Shown: one piece after another, positions 34,701-49,700 of the stretch | Layout of the letters: each line of letters opens with the position of its first letter | How positions within the stretch are numbered: the stretch's first letter is position 1 | Source: Eledone cirrhosa | Taxonomy: Eukaryota | NCBI GenBank assembly: GCA_964016885.1 | Contig: OZ024742.1 | Location: forward strand, 361,894,001-361,958,000 | Reading direction: 5' to 3' | Length of the DNA stretch: 64,000 nucleotides | Notes under the pieces: model-generated | Told to the model about the DNA's origin: nothing | Database searches by the model: none | Seen by the model: only the letters and a program-made list of their open reading frames with translations | Program-made: the position numbers and the translations under genes

Positions 34701-37700
34701 TTGCCTAATATAATGTATATATATCTATATTTAGACATCTCCCCACTGTAGCTCTGCCTAATCTAATGTATATATCAATATTTAGAAATCTCCCCACTGT
34801 ACCTCTGTCTAATATAATGTATATATCAATATTTAGACATCTCCCCACTCTACCTCTGTCTAATATAATGTATATATCTATATTTAGACATGTCCCACTG
34901 CAGCTCTGTCTAATCTAATGTATATATCTATATTTAGACATCTCCCCACTGTAGCTCTGCCAAATATAATGTATATATCTATATTTAGACATCTCCCCAC
35001 TGTAACTCGGCCTAATATAAGGTATATATCAATATTTAGACATCTCCCCCACCGTATCTCTGTCTAATCTAATGTATATATCTATATTTAGACATCTCCC
35101 CACTGTAGCTCTGCCAAATATAATGTATATATCTATATTTAGACATCTCCCCAATTGTGGCTCTGCCTAATATAATGTATATATCAATATTTAGACATCT
35201 CTCCCACTGTAGCTCTGCTTAATCTAATGTATATATCAATATTTAGACATCTGCCCAATTGTAGCTCTGCCTAATATAATGTTTATATCAATATTTAGAC
35301 ATCTCTCCCACTGTAACTCTGCCTAATCTAATGTATATATCTATATTTAGACATCTCCCCCACTATAGCTCTGTCTAATCTAATGTATATATCAATATTT
35401 AGACATCTCCCCCACTGTAACTCTGCCTAATCTAATGTATATATCAATAATTAGACATCTCCCCACTGAAGCTCTGCCAAATATAATGTATATATCAATA
35501 TTTAGACATCTCACCCACAGTAGCTCTGCCTAATATAATGTATATAGCAATATATAGACATCTCCCCCACAAGTAGCTCTGCCTAATCTAATGTATATAT
35601 ATATATTTAGACATCTCCCCCACTGTAGCTCTGCTTAATCTAATGTATATATCAATATTTAGACATCTCCCCACTGTAACTCTGCCTAATCTAACGTATA
35701 TATCAATATTTAGACATCTACCCCACTGTAGCTCTGCCTAATCTAATGTATGGAAAATATTTAGAAATCTCCGCCACTGTATTTCTGCCTAATAAAATGT
35801 ATATATCTATATGTAGACATCTCCTCCACTGTAGCTCTGTCTAATATAATGTATATATCAATATTTAGACATCTCCCCACTGTAACTCGGCCTAATATAA
35901 TGTATATATCAATATTTAGACATCTCAACCACAGTAGCTCTGCCTAATATAATGTATATATCTATATTTAGACATCTCCCCCACTGTAGCTCTGTCTAAT
36001 ATAATGTATATATCTATTTTTAGATATCTCCCCTACTGTAACTCTGTCTAATCTAATGTATATATCAATATTTAGACATCTCCCCCACTGTAGCTCTGTC
36101 TAATCTAATGTATATATCAATATTTAGACATCTCCCACACTGCAGCTCTGCCTAATATAATGTATATATCTCAATTCAGACATCTCCCCACTGTCACTCT
36201 GCCTAATATAATGTATATATCAATATTTAGACATCTCCCCCACTGTAGCTCTGCTTAATCTAATGTATATATCAATATTTAGACATCTCCCCACTGTAAC
36301 TCTGCCTAATCTAACGTATATATCAATATTTAGACATCTACCCCACTGTAGCTCTGCCTAATCTAATGTATGGAAAATATTTAGAAATCTCCGCCACTGT
36401 ATTTCTGCCTAATAAAATGTATATATCTATATTTAGACATCTCCCCCACTGTAGCTCTGTCTAATATAATGTATATATCAATATTTAGACATCTCCCCAC
36501 TGTAACTCGGCCTAATATAAGGTATATATCAATATTTAGACATCTCCCCACTGTAGCTCTGTCTAATCTAATGTATATATCAATATTTAGACATCTCCCC
36601 CACCGTATCTCTGTCTAATCTAATGTACATATCAATATTTAGACATCTCCCCACTGTAGCTCTGCCAAATATAATGTATATATAAATATTTAGACATCTC
36701 TCCAATTGTAGCTCTGCCTAATATAATGTATATATCAATATTTAGACATCTCCCCACTGTAGCTCTGCCTAATATAATGTATATATCAGTAATTAGACAT
36801 CTCCCCCACTGTAGCTCTGCCTAATATAATGTATATATCAATATTTAGGCATCTCACCCACAGTAGCTCTGCCTAATATAATGTATATAGCAATATATAG
36901 ACATCTCCCCCACAAGTAGCTCTGACTAATCTAATGTATATATATATATTTAGACATCTCCCCCACTGTAGCTCTGTCTAAACGAATGTATATATCAATA
37001 TTTAGAATTCTCCCCCACTGTAGCTCTGCCTAATCTAATGTATATATCAACATTTAGACATCTCCCCACTGTAGCTCTTCCAAATATAATGTATATATCA
37101 ATATTTAGACATCTCCCCCACTGTAGCTCTGTCTAATCTAATGTATATATCAATATTTAGACATCTCCCACACTGCAGTTCTGCCTAATATAATGTATAT
37201 ATCTCAATTTAGACATCTCCCCACTGTCACTCTGCCTAATATAATGTATATATCAATATTTAGACATCTCCCCCACTGTAACTCTGCCTAATCTAACGTA
37301 TATATCAATATTTAGACATCTACCCCACTGTAGCTCTGCCTAATCTAATGTATGGAAAATATTTAGAAATCTCCGCCACTGTATTTCTGCCTAATAAAAT
37401 GTATATATCTATATTTAGACATCTCCCCCACTGTAGCTCTGTCTAATATGATGTATATATCAATATTTAGACATCTCCCCACTGTAACTCGGCCTAATAT
37501 AAGGTATATATCAATATTTAGACATCTCCCCACTGTAGCTCTGTCTAATCTAATGTATATATCAATATTTAGACATCTCCCCCACCATATCTCTGTCTAA
37601 TCTAATGTACATATCAATATTTAGACATCTCCCCACTGTAGCTCTGCCAAATATAATGTATATATCAATATTTAGACATCTCCCCACTGTAGCTCTGCCT

Positions 37701-40700
37701 AATATAATGTATATATCAGTAATTAGACATCTCCCCCACTGTAGCTCTGCCTAATATAATGTATATATCAATATTCAGACATCTCCCCAATGTAACTCTG
37801 CCTAATATAATGTATATATCAATATTTAGACATCTCGTCACTGTACCTCTGCCAAATATAATGTATATATCAATATTTAGACATCTCCCCCACTGTAGCT
37901 TTGCCTAATATAATGTATATATCTATATTTAGACATCTCCCCAGTGTAGCTCTGCCTAATCTAATGTCTATATCAATATTTAGACATCTCCCCACTGTAC
38001 CTCTGTCTAATATAATGTATATATCAATATTTAGACATCTCCCCACTCTACCTCTGTCTAATATAATGTATATATCTATATTTAGACATCTCCCACTGCA
38101 GCTCTGTCTAATCTAACGTATATATCAATATTTAGACATCTCCCCCACCGTATCTCTGTCTAATCTAATGTACATATCAATATTTAAACATCTCCCCACT
38201 GTAGCTCTGCCAAATATAATATATATATAAATATTTAGACATCTCTCCAATTGTAGCTCTGCCTAATATAATGTATGTATCAATATTTAGACATCTCCCC
38301 ACTGTAGCTCTGCCTAATATAATGTATATATCAATATTTAGACATCTCGCCACTGTAGCTCTGCCAAATATAATGTATATATCAATATTTAGAAATCCCC
38401 CCACTGTAGCTTTGCCTAATATAATGTATATATATCTATATTTAGACATCTCCCCACTGTAGCTCTGCCTAATCTAATGTATATATCAATATTTAGAAAT
38501 CTCCCCACTGTACCTCTGTCTAATATAATGTATATATCAATATTTAGACATCTCCCCACTCTACCTCTGTCTAATATAATGTATATATCTATATTTAGAC
38601 ATGTCCCACTGCAGCTCTGTCTAATCTGATGTATATATCTATATTTAGACATCTCCCCACTGTAGCTCTGCCAAATATAATGTATATATCTATATTTAGA
38701 CATCTCCCCACTGTAACTCGGCCTAATATAAGGTATATATCAATATTTAGACATCTCCCCCACCGTATCTCTGTCTAATCTAATGTATATATCTATATTT
38801 AGACACCTCCCCACTGTAGCTCTGCCAAATATAATGTATATATCTATATTTAGACATCTCCCCAATTGTGGCTCTGCCTAATATAATGTATATATCAATA
38901 TTTAGACATCTCCCCCACTGTAGCTCTGCTTAATCTAATGTATATATCAATATTTAGACATCTGCCCAATTGTAGCTCTGCCTAATATAATGTATATATC
39001 AATATTTAGACATCTCTCCCACTGTAACTCTGCCTAATCTAATGTATATATCTATATTTAGACATCTCCCCCACTATAGCTCTGTCTAATCTAATGTATA
39101 TATCAATATTTAGACATCTCCCCCACTGTAACTCTGCCTAATCTAATGTATATATCAATAATTAGACATCTCCCCACTGAAGCTCTGCCAAATATAATGT
39201 ATATATCAATATTTAGACATCTCACCCACAGTAGCTCTGCCTAATATAATGTATATAGCAATATATAGACATCTCCCCCACAAGTAGCTCTGCCTAATCT
39301 AATGTATATATATATATTTAGACATCTCCCCCACTATAGCTCTGTCTAATCTAATGTATATATCAATATTTAGACCTCTCCCCCACTGTAGCTCTGCCTA
39401 ATCTAATGTATATATCAACATTTAGACATCTCCCCACTGTAGCTCTTCCAAATATAATGTATATATCAATATTTAGACATCTCCCCCACTGTAGCTCTGT
39501 CTAATCTAATGTATATATCAATATTTAGACATCTCCCACACTGCAGCTCTGCCTAATATAATGTATATATCTCAATTTAGACATCTCCCACTGTCACTCT
39601 GCCTAATATAATGTATATATCAATATTTAGACATCTCCCCCACTGTAACTCTGCCTAATCTAACGTATATATCAATATTTAGACATCTACCCCACTGTAG
39701 CTCTGCCTAATCTAATGTATGGAAAATATTTAGAAATCTCCGCCACTGTATTTCTGCCTAATAAAATGTATATATCTATATTTAGACATCTCCTCCACTG
39801 TAGCTCTGTCTAATATAATGTATATATCAATATTTAGACATCTCCCCTCTGTAGCTCTGCCAAATATAATATATATATAAATATTTAGACATCTCTCCAA
39901 TTGTAGCTCTGCCTAATATAATGTATGTGTCAATATTTAGACATCTCCCCCACTGTAGCTCTGCCTAATATAATGTATATATCAATATTCAGACATCTCC
40001 CCACTGTAACTCTGCCTAATATAATGTATATATCAATATTTAGACATCTCCCCACTGTACCTCTGTCTAATATAATGTATATATCAATATTTAGACATCT
40101 CCCCTCTCTACCTCTGTCTAATATAATGTATATATATATATTTAGACATGTTCCACTGCAGCTCTGTCTAATCTAATGTATATATCTATATTCAGACATC
40201 TCCCCACTGTAGCTCTGCCAAATATAATGTATATATCAATATTTAGACATCTCCCCACTGTAGCTCTTCCAAATATAATGTATATATCAATATTTAGACA
40301 TCTCAACCACAGTAGCTCTGCCTAATATAATGTATATATCTATATTTAGACATCTCCCCCACTGTAGCTCTGTCTAATATAATGTATATATCTATTTTTA
40401 GATATCTCCCCTACTGTAACTCGGTCTAATCTAATGTATATATCAATATTTAGACATCTCCCCCACTGTAGCTCTGTCTAATCTAATGTATATATCAATA
40501 TTTAGACATCTCCCACACTGCAGCTCTGCCTAATATAATATATATAACTCAATTCAGACATCCCCCCACTGTCACTCTGCCTAATATAATGTATATATCA
40601 ATATTTAGACATCTCCCCCACTGTAGCTCTGCTTAATCTAATGTATATATCAATATTTAGACATCTCCCCACTGTAACTCTGCCTAATATAACGTATATA

Positions 40701-43700
40701 TCAATATTTAGACATCTACCCCACTGTAGCTCTGCCTAATCTAATGTATGGAAAATATTTCTAAATCTCCGCCACTGTATTTCTGCCTAATAAAATGTAT
40801 ATATCTATATTTAGACATCTCCCCCACTGTACCTCTGTCTAATATAATGTATATATCAATATTTAGACATCTCCCCACTGTAACTCGGCCTAATATAAGG
40901 TATATATCAATATTTAGACATCTCCCCACTGTAGCTCTGTCTAATCTAATGTATATATCAATATTTAGACATCTCCCCCACCGTATCTCTGTCTAATCTA
41001 ATGTACATATCAATATTTAGACATCTCCCCACTGTAGCTCTGCCAAATATAATGTATATATAAATATTTAGACATCTCTCCAATTGTAGCTCTGCCTAAT
41101 ATAATGTATATATCAATATTTACACATCTCCACACTGTAGCTCTGCCTAATATAATGTATATATCAGTAATTAGACATCTCCCCCACTGTAGCTCTGCCT
41201 AATATAATGTATATATCAATATTCAGACATCTCCCCAATGTAACTCTGCCTAATATAATGTATATATCAATATTTAGACATCTCCCCCACTGTAGCTTTG
41301 CCTAATATAATGTATATATCTATATTTAGACATCTCCCCCACTGTAGCTTTGCCTAATATAATGTATATATCTATATTTAGTCTTCTCCCCACTGCAGCT
41401 CTGTCTAATCTAATGTATATATCTATATTTAGACATCTCCCCACTGTAGCTCTGCCAAATATAATGTATATATCAATATTTAGACATCTCCCCACTGTAG
41501 CTCTTCCAAATACAATGTATATATCAATATTTAGACATCTCAACCACAGTAGCTCTGTCTAATCTAATGTATATATCAATATTTAGACATCTACCACACT
41601 GCAGCTCTGCCTAATATAATGTATATATCTCAATTCAGACATCTCCCCACTGTCTCTCTGCCTAATATAATGTATATATCAATATTTAGACAACTCCCCC
41701 ACTGTCGCTCTGCTTAATCTAATGTATATATCAATATTTAGACATCTCCCCACTGTAACTCTTCCTAATCTAATGTATATATCAATATTTAGACATCTAC
41801 CCCATTGTAGCTTTGCCTAATCTAATGTATGGAAAATATTTAGAAATCTCCGCCACTGTATTTCTGCCTAATAAAATGTATATATCTATATTTAGACATC
41901 TCCCCCACTGTAGCTCTGTCTAATATAATGTATATATCAATATTTAGACATCTCCCCACTGTAACTTGGCCTAATATAAGGTATATATCAATATTTAGAC
42001 ATCTCCCCCACCGTATCTCTGTCTAATCTAATGTACATATCAATATTTAGACATCTCCCCACTGTAGCTCTGCCAAATATAATGTATATATAAATATTTA
42101 GACATCTCTCCAATTGTAGCTCTGCCTAATATAATGTATATATCAATATTTAGACATCTCCCACTGTAGCTCTGCCTAATATAATGTATATATCAGTATT
42201 TAGACATCTCCCCCACTGTAGCTCTGCCTAATATAATGTATATATCAATATTCAGACATCTCCCCAATGTAACTCAGCCTAATATAATGTATATATCAAT
42301 ATTTAGACATCTCGCCACTGTAGCTCTGCCAAATATAATGTATATATCAATATTTAGAAATCCCCCCACTGTAGCTTTGCCTAATATAATGTATATATAT
42401 CTATATTTAGACATCTCCCCACTGTAGCTCTGCCTAATCTAATGTATATATCAATATTTAGACATCTCCCCACTGTACCTCTGTCTAATATAATGTATAT
42501 ATCAATATTTAGACATCTCCCCACTCAACCTCTGTCTAATATAATGTATATATCTATATTTAGACTTGTCCCACTGCAGCTCTGTCTAATCTAATGTATA
42601 TATCTATATTTAGAAATCTCCCCACTGTAGCTCTGCCAAATATAATGTATATATCTATATTTAGACATCTCCCCACTGTAACTCGGCCTAATATAAGGTA
42701 TATATCAATATTTAGACATCTCCTCCACCGTATCTCTGTCTAATCTAATGTATATATCAATATTTAGACATCTCCCCCACTGTAGCTCTGCCAAATATAA
42801 TGTATATATCTATATTTAGACATCTCCCCAATTGTGGCTCTGCCTAATATAATGTATATATCAATATTTAGACATCTCCCCCACTGTAGCTCTGCTTAAT
42901 CTAATGTATATATCAATATTTAGACATCTCTCCCACTGTAACTCTGCCTAATCTAATGTATATATCTATATTTAGACATCTCCCCCACTATAGCTCTGTC
43001 TAATCTAATGTATATATCAATATTTAGACATCTCCCCCACTGTAACTCTGCCTAATCTAATGTATATATCAATAATTAGACATCTCCCCACTGAAGCTCT
43101 GCCAAATATAATGTATATATCAATATTTAGGCATCTCACCCACAGTAGCTCTGCCTAATATAATGTATATAGCAATATATAGACATCTCCCCCACAAGTA
43201 GCTCTGACTAATCTAATGTATATATATATATTTAGACATCTCCCCCACTGTAGCTCTGTCTAATCTAATGTATATATCAATATTTAGAATTCTCCCCCAC
43301 TGTAGCTCTGCCTAATCTAATGTATATATCAACATTTAGACATCTCCCCACTGTAGCTCTTCCAAATATAATGTATATATCAATATTTAGACATCTCCCC
43401 CACTGTAGCTCTGTCTAATCTAATGTATATATCAATATTTAGACATCTCCCACACTGCAGTTCTGCCTAATATAATGTATATATCTCAATTTAGACATCT
43501 CCCCACTGTCACTCTGCCTAATATAATGTATATATCAATATTTAGACATCTCCCCCACTGTAACTCTGCCTAATCTAACGTATATATCAATATTTAGACA
43601 TCTACCCCACTGTAGCTCTGCCTAATCTAATGTATGGAAAATATTTAGAAATCTCCGCCACTGTATTTCTGCCTAATAAAATGTATATATCTATATTTAG

Positions 43701-46700
43701 ACATCTCCCCCACTGTAGCTCTGTCTAATATGATGTATATATCAATATTTAGACATCTCCCCACTGTAACTCGGCCTAATATAAGGTATATATCAATATT
43801 TAGACATCTCCCCACTGTAGCTCTGTCTAATGTAATGTATATATCAATATTTAGACATCTCCCCCACCATATCTCTGTCTAATCTAATGTACATATCAAT
43901 ATTTAGACATCTCCCCACTGTAGCTCTGCCAAATATAATGTATATATCAATATTTAGACATCTCCCCACTGTAGCTCTGCCTAATATAATGTATATATCA
44001 GTAATTAGACATCTCCCCCACTGTAGCTCTGCCTAATATAATGTATATATCAATATTCAGACATCTCCCCAATGTAACTCTGCCTAATATAATGTATATA
44101 TCAATATTTAGACATCTCGCCACTGTACCTCTGCCAAATATAATGTATATATCAATATTTAGACATCTCCCCCACTGTAGCTTTGCCTAATATAATGTAT
44201 ATATCTATATTTAGACATCTCCCCAGTGTAGCTCTGCCTAATCTAATGTCTATATCAATATTTAGACATCTCCCCACTGTACCTCTGTCTAATATAATGT
44301 ATATATCAATATTTAGACATCTCCCCACTCTACCTCTGTCTAATATAATGTATATATCTATATTTAGACATCTCCCACTGCAGCTCTGTCTAATCTAACG
44401 TATATATCAATATTTAGACATCTCCCCCACCGTATCTCTGTCTAATCTAATGTACATATCAATATTTAAACATCTCCCCACTGTAGCTCTGCCAAATATA
44501 ATATATATATAAATATTTAGACATCTCTCCAATTGTAGCTCTGCCTAATATAATGTATGTATCAATATTTAGACATCTCCCCACTGTAGCTCTGCCTAAT
44601 ATAATGTATATATCAATATTTAGACATCTCCCCCACTGTAGCTCTGCCTAATATAGTGTATATATCAATATTCAGACATTTCCCCACTGTAACTCTGCCT
44701 AATATAATGTATATATCAATATTTAGACATCTCCCCACTGTACCTCTGTCTAATATAATGTATATATCAATATTTAGACATCTCCCCTCTCTACCTCTGT
44801 CTAATATAATGTATATATATATATTTAGACATGTCCCACTGCAGCTCTGTCTAATCTAATGTATATATCTATATTTAGACATCTCCCCACTGTAGCTCTG
44901 CCAAATATAATGTATATATCAATATTTAGACATCTCCCCACTGTAGCTCTTCCAAATATAATGTATATATCAATATTTAGACATCTCAACCACAGTAGCT
45001 CTGACTAATATAATGTATATATCTATATTTAGACATCTCCCCCACTGTAGCTCTGTCTAATATAATGTATATATCTATTTTTAGATATCTCCCCTACTGT
45101 AACTCTGTCTAATCTAATGTATATATCAATATTTAGACATCTCCCCCACTGTAGCTCTGTCTAATCTAATGTATATATCAATATTTAGACATCTCCCACA
45201 CTGCAGCTCTGCCTAATATAATGTATATATCTCAATTCAGACATCTCCCCACTGTCACTCTGCCTAATATAATGTATATATCAATATTTAGACATCTCCC
45301 CCACTGTAGCTCTGCTTAATCTAATGTATATATCAATATTTAGACATCTCCCCACTGTAACTCTGCCTAATCTAACGTATATATCAATATTTAGATATCT
45401 ACCCCACTGTAGCTCTGCCTAATCTAATGTATGGAAAATATTTAGAAATCTCCGCCACTGTATTTCTGCCTAATAAAATGTATATATCTATATTTAGACA
45501 TCTCCCCCACTGTAGCTCTGTCTAATATAATGTATATATCAATATTTAGACATCTCCCCACTGTAACTCGGCCTAATATAAGGTATATATCAATATTTAG
45601 ACATCTCCCCACTGTAGCTCTGTCTAATCTAATGTATATATCAATATTTAGACATCTCCCCCACCGTATCTCTGTCTAATCTAATGTACATATCAATATT
45701 TAGACATCTCCCCACTGTAGCTCTGCCAAATATAATGTATATATAAATATTTAGACATCTCTCCAATTGTAGCTCTGCCTAATATAATGTATATATCAAT
45801 ATTTAGACATCTCCCCACTGTAGCTCTGCCTAATATAATGTATATATCAGTAATTAGACATCTCCCCCACTGTAGCTCTGCCTAATATAATGTATATATC
45901 AATATTCAGACATCTCCCCAATGTAACTCTGCCTAATATAATGTATATATCAATATTTAGACATCTCGCCACTGTAGCTCTGCCAAATATAATGTATATA
46001 TCAATATTTAGACATCTCCCCCACTGTAGCTTTGCCTAATATAATGTATATATCTATATTTAGACATCTCCCCCACTGTAGCTTTGCCTAATATAATGTA
46101 TATATCTATATTTAGACTTCTCCCCACTGCAGCTCTGTCTAATCTAATGTATATATCTATATTTAGACATCTCCCCACTGTAGCTCTGCCAAATATAATG
46201 TATATATCAATATTTAGACATCTCCCCACTGTAGCTCTTCCAAATACAATGTATATATCAATATTTAGACATCTCAACCACAGTAGCTCTGCCTAATATA
46301 ATGTATATATCTATATTTAGACATCTCCCCCACTGTAGCTCTGTCTAATCTAATGTATATATCAATATTTAGCCATCTGCCCCACTGTAGCTCTGTCTAA
46401 TCTAATGTATATATCAATATTTAGACATCTCCCACACTGCAGCTCTGCCTAATATAATGTATATATCTCAATTCAGACATCTCCCCACTGTCACTCTGCC
46501 TAATATAATGTATATATCAATATTTAGACATCTCCCCCACTGTAGCTCTGCTTAATCTAATGTATATATCAATATTTAGACATCTCCCCACTGTAACTCT
46601 GCCTAATCTAACGTATATATCAATATTTAGACATCTACCCCACAGTAGCTCTGCCTAACGTAATGTATATATCTATATTTAGACATCTCCTCACTGTAGC

Positions 46701-49700
46701 TCTGCCAAATATAATGTATATATAAATATTTAGACATCTCTCCAATTGTAGCTCTGCCTAATATAATGTATATATCAATATTTAGATATCTCCCACTGTA
46801 GCTCTGCCTAATATAATGTATATATCAGTATTTAGACATCTCCACCACTGTAGCTCTGCCTAATATAATGTATATATCAATATTCAGACATCTCCCCAAT
46901 GTAACTCAGCCTAATATAATGTATATATCAATATTTAGACATCTCGCCACTGTAGCTCTGCCAAATATAATGTATATATCAATATTTAGAAATCCCCCCA
47001 CTGTAGCTTTGCCTAATATAATGTATATATATCTATATTTAGACATCTCCCCACTGTAGCTCTGCCTAATCTAATGTATATATCAATATTTAGAAATCTC
47101 CCCACTGTACCTCTGTCTAATATAATGTATATATCAATATTTAGACATCTCCCCACTCTACCTCTGTCTAATATAATGTATATATCTATATTTAGACATG
47201 TCCCACTGCAGCTCTGTCTAATCTAATGTATATATCTATATTTAGACATCTCCCCACTGTAGCTCTGCCAAATATAATGTATATATCTATATTTAGACAT
47301 CTCCCCACTGTAACTCGGCCTAATATAAGGTATATATCAATATTTAGACATCTCCCCCACCGTATCTCTGTCTAATCTAATGTATATATCTATATTTAGA
47401 CATCTCCCCACTGTAGCTCTGCCAAATATAATGTATATATCTATATTTAGACATCTCCCCAATTGTGGCTCTGCCTAATATAATGTATATATCAATATTT
47501 AGACATCTCTCCCACTGTAGCTCTGCTTAATCTAATGTATATATCAATATTTAGACATCTGCCCAATTGTAGCTCTGCCTAATATAATGTATATATCAAT
47601 ATTTAGACATCTCTCCCACTGTAACTCTGCCTAATCTAATGTATATATCTATATTTAGACATCTCCCCCACTATAGCTCTGTCTAATCTAATGTATATAT
47701 CAATATTTAGACATCTCTCCCACTGTAACTCTGCCTAATCTAATGTATATATCAATAATTAGACATCTCCCCACTGAAGCTCTGCCAAATATAATGTATA
47801 TATCAATATTTAGACATCTCACCCACAGTAGCTCTGCCTAATATAATGTATATAGCAATATATAGACATCTCCCCCACAAGTAGCTCTGCCTAATCTAAT
47901 GTATATATATATATTTAGACATCTCCCCCACTATAGCTCTGTCTAATCTAATGTATATATCAATATTTAGACCTCTCCCCCACTGTAGCTCTGCCTAATC
48001 TAATGTATATATCAACATTTAGACATCTTCCCACTGTAGCTCTTCCAAATATAATGTATATATCAATATTTAGACATCTCCCCCACTGTAACTCTGCCTA
48101 ATCTAACGTATATATCAATATTTAGACATCTACCCCACTGTAGCTCTGCCTAATCTAATGTATGGAAAATATTTAGAAATCTCCGCCACTGTATTTCTGC
48201 CTAATAAAATGTATATATCTATATTTAGACATCTCCCCCACTGTAGCTCTGTCTAATATAATGTATATATCAATATTTAGACATCTCCCCACTGTAGCTC
48301 TGCCAAATATAATATATATATAAATATTTAGACATCTCTCCAATTGTAGCTCTGCCTAATATAATGTATGTGTCAACATTTAGACATCTCCCCACTGTAG
48401 CTCTGCCTAATATAATGTATATATCAATATTTAGACATCTCCCCCACTGTAGCTCTGCCTAATATAATGTATATATCAATATTCAGACATCTCCCCACTG
48501 TAACTCTGCCTAATATAATGTATATATCAATATTTAGACATCTCCCCACTGTACCTCTGTCTAATATAATGTATATATCAATATTTAGACATCTCCCCTC
48601 TCTACCTCTGTCTAATATATTTATATATATATATTTAGACATGTCCCACTGCAGCTCTGTCTAATCTAATGTATATATCTATATTTAGACATCTCCCCCA
48701 CTGTAGCTTTGCCTAATATAATGTATATATCTATATTTAGACTTCTCCCCACTGCAGCTCTGTCTAATCTAATGTATATATCAATATTTAGACATCTCCC
48801 CACTGTAGCCCTTCCAAATACAATGTATATATCAATATTTAGACATCTCAACCACAGTAGCTCTGCCTAATATAATGTATATATCTATATTTAGACATCT
48901 CCCCCACTGTAGCTCTGTGTAATATAATGTATATATCTATTTTTAGATATCTCCCCTACTGTAACTCTGTCTAATCTAATGTATATATCAATATTTAGCC
49001 ATCTCCCCCACTGTAGCTCTGTCTAATCTAATGTATATATCAATATTTAGACATCTCCCACACTGCAGCTCTGCCTAATATAATGTATATATCTCAATTC
49101 AGACATCTCCCCACTGTCACTCTGCCTAATATAATGTATATATCAATATTTAGACATCTCCCCACTGTAGCTCTGCCTAATCTAATGTATATATCAATAT
49201 TTAGACATCTACCCCATTGTAGCTCTGCCTAATCTAATGTATGGAAAATATTTAGAAATCTCCGCCACTGTATTTCTGCCTAATAAAATGTATATATCTA
49301 TATTTAGACATCTCCCCCACTGTAGCTCTGTCTAATATAATGTATATATCAATATTTAGACATCTCCCCACTGTAACTTGGCCTAATATAAGGTATATAT
49401 CAATATTTAGACATCTCCCCCACCGTATCTCTGTCTAATCTAATGTACATATCAATATTTAGACATCTCCCCACTGTAGCTCTGCCAAATATAATGTATA
49501 TATAAATATTTAGACATCTCTCCAATTGTAGCTCTGCCTAATATAATGTATATATCAATATTTAGATATCTCCCACTGTAGCTCTGCCTAATATAATGTA
49601 TATATCAGTAATTAGACATCTCCCCCACTGTAGCTCTGCCTAATATAATGTATATATCAATATTCAGACATCTCCCCAATGTAACTCAGCCTAATATAAT

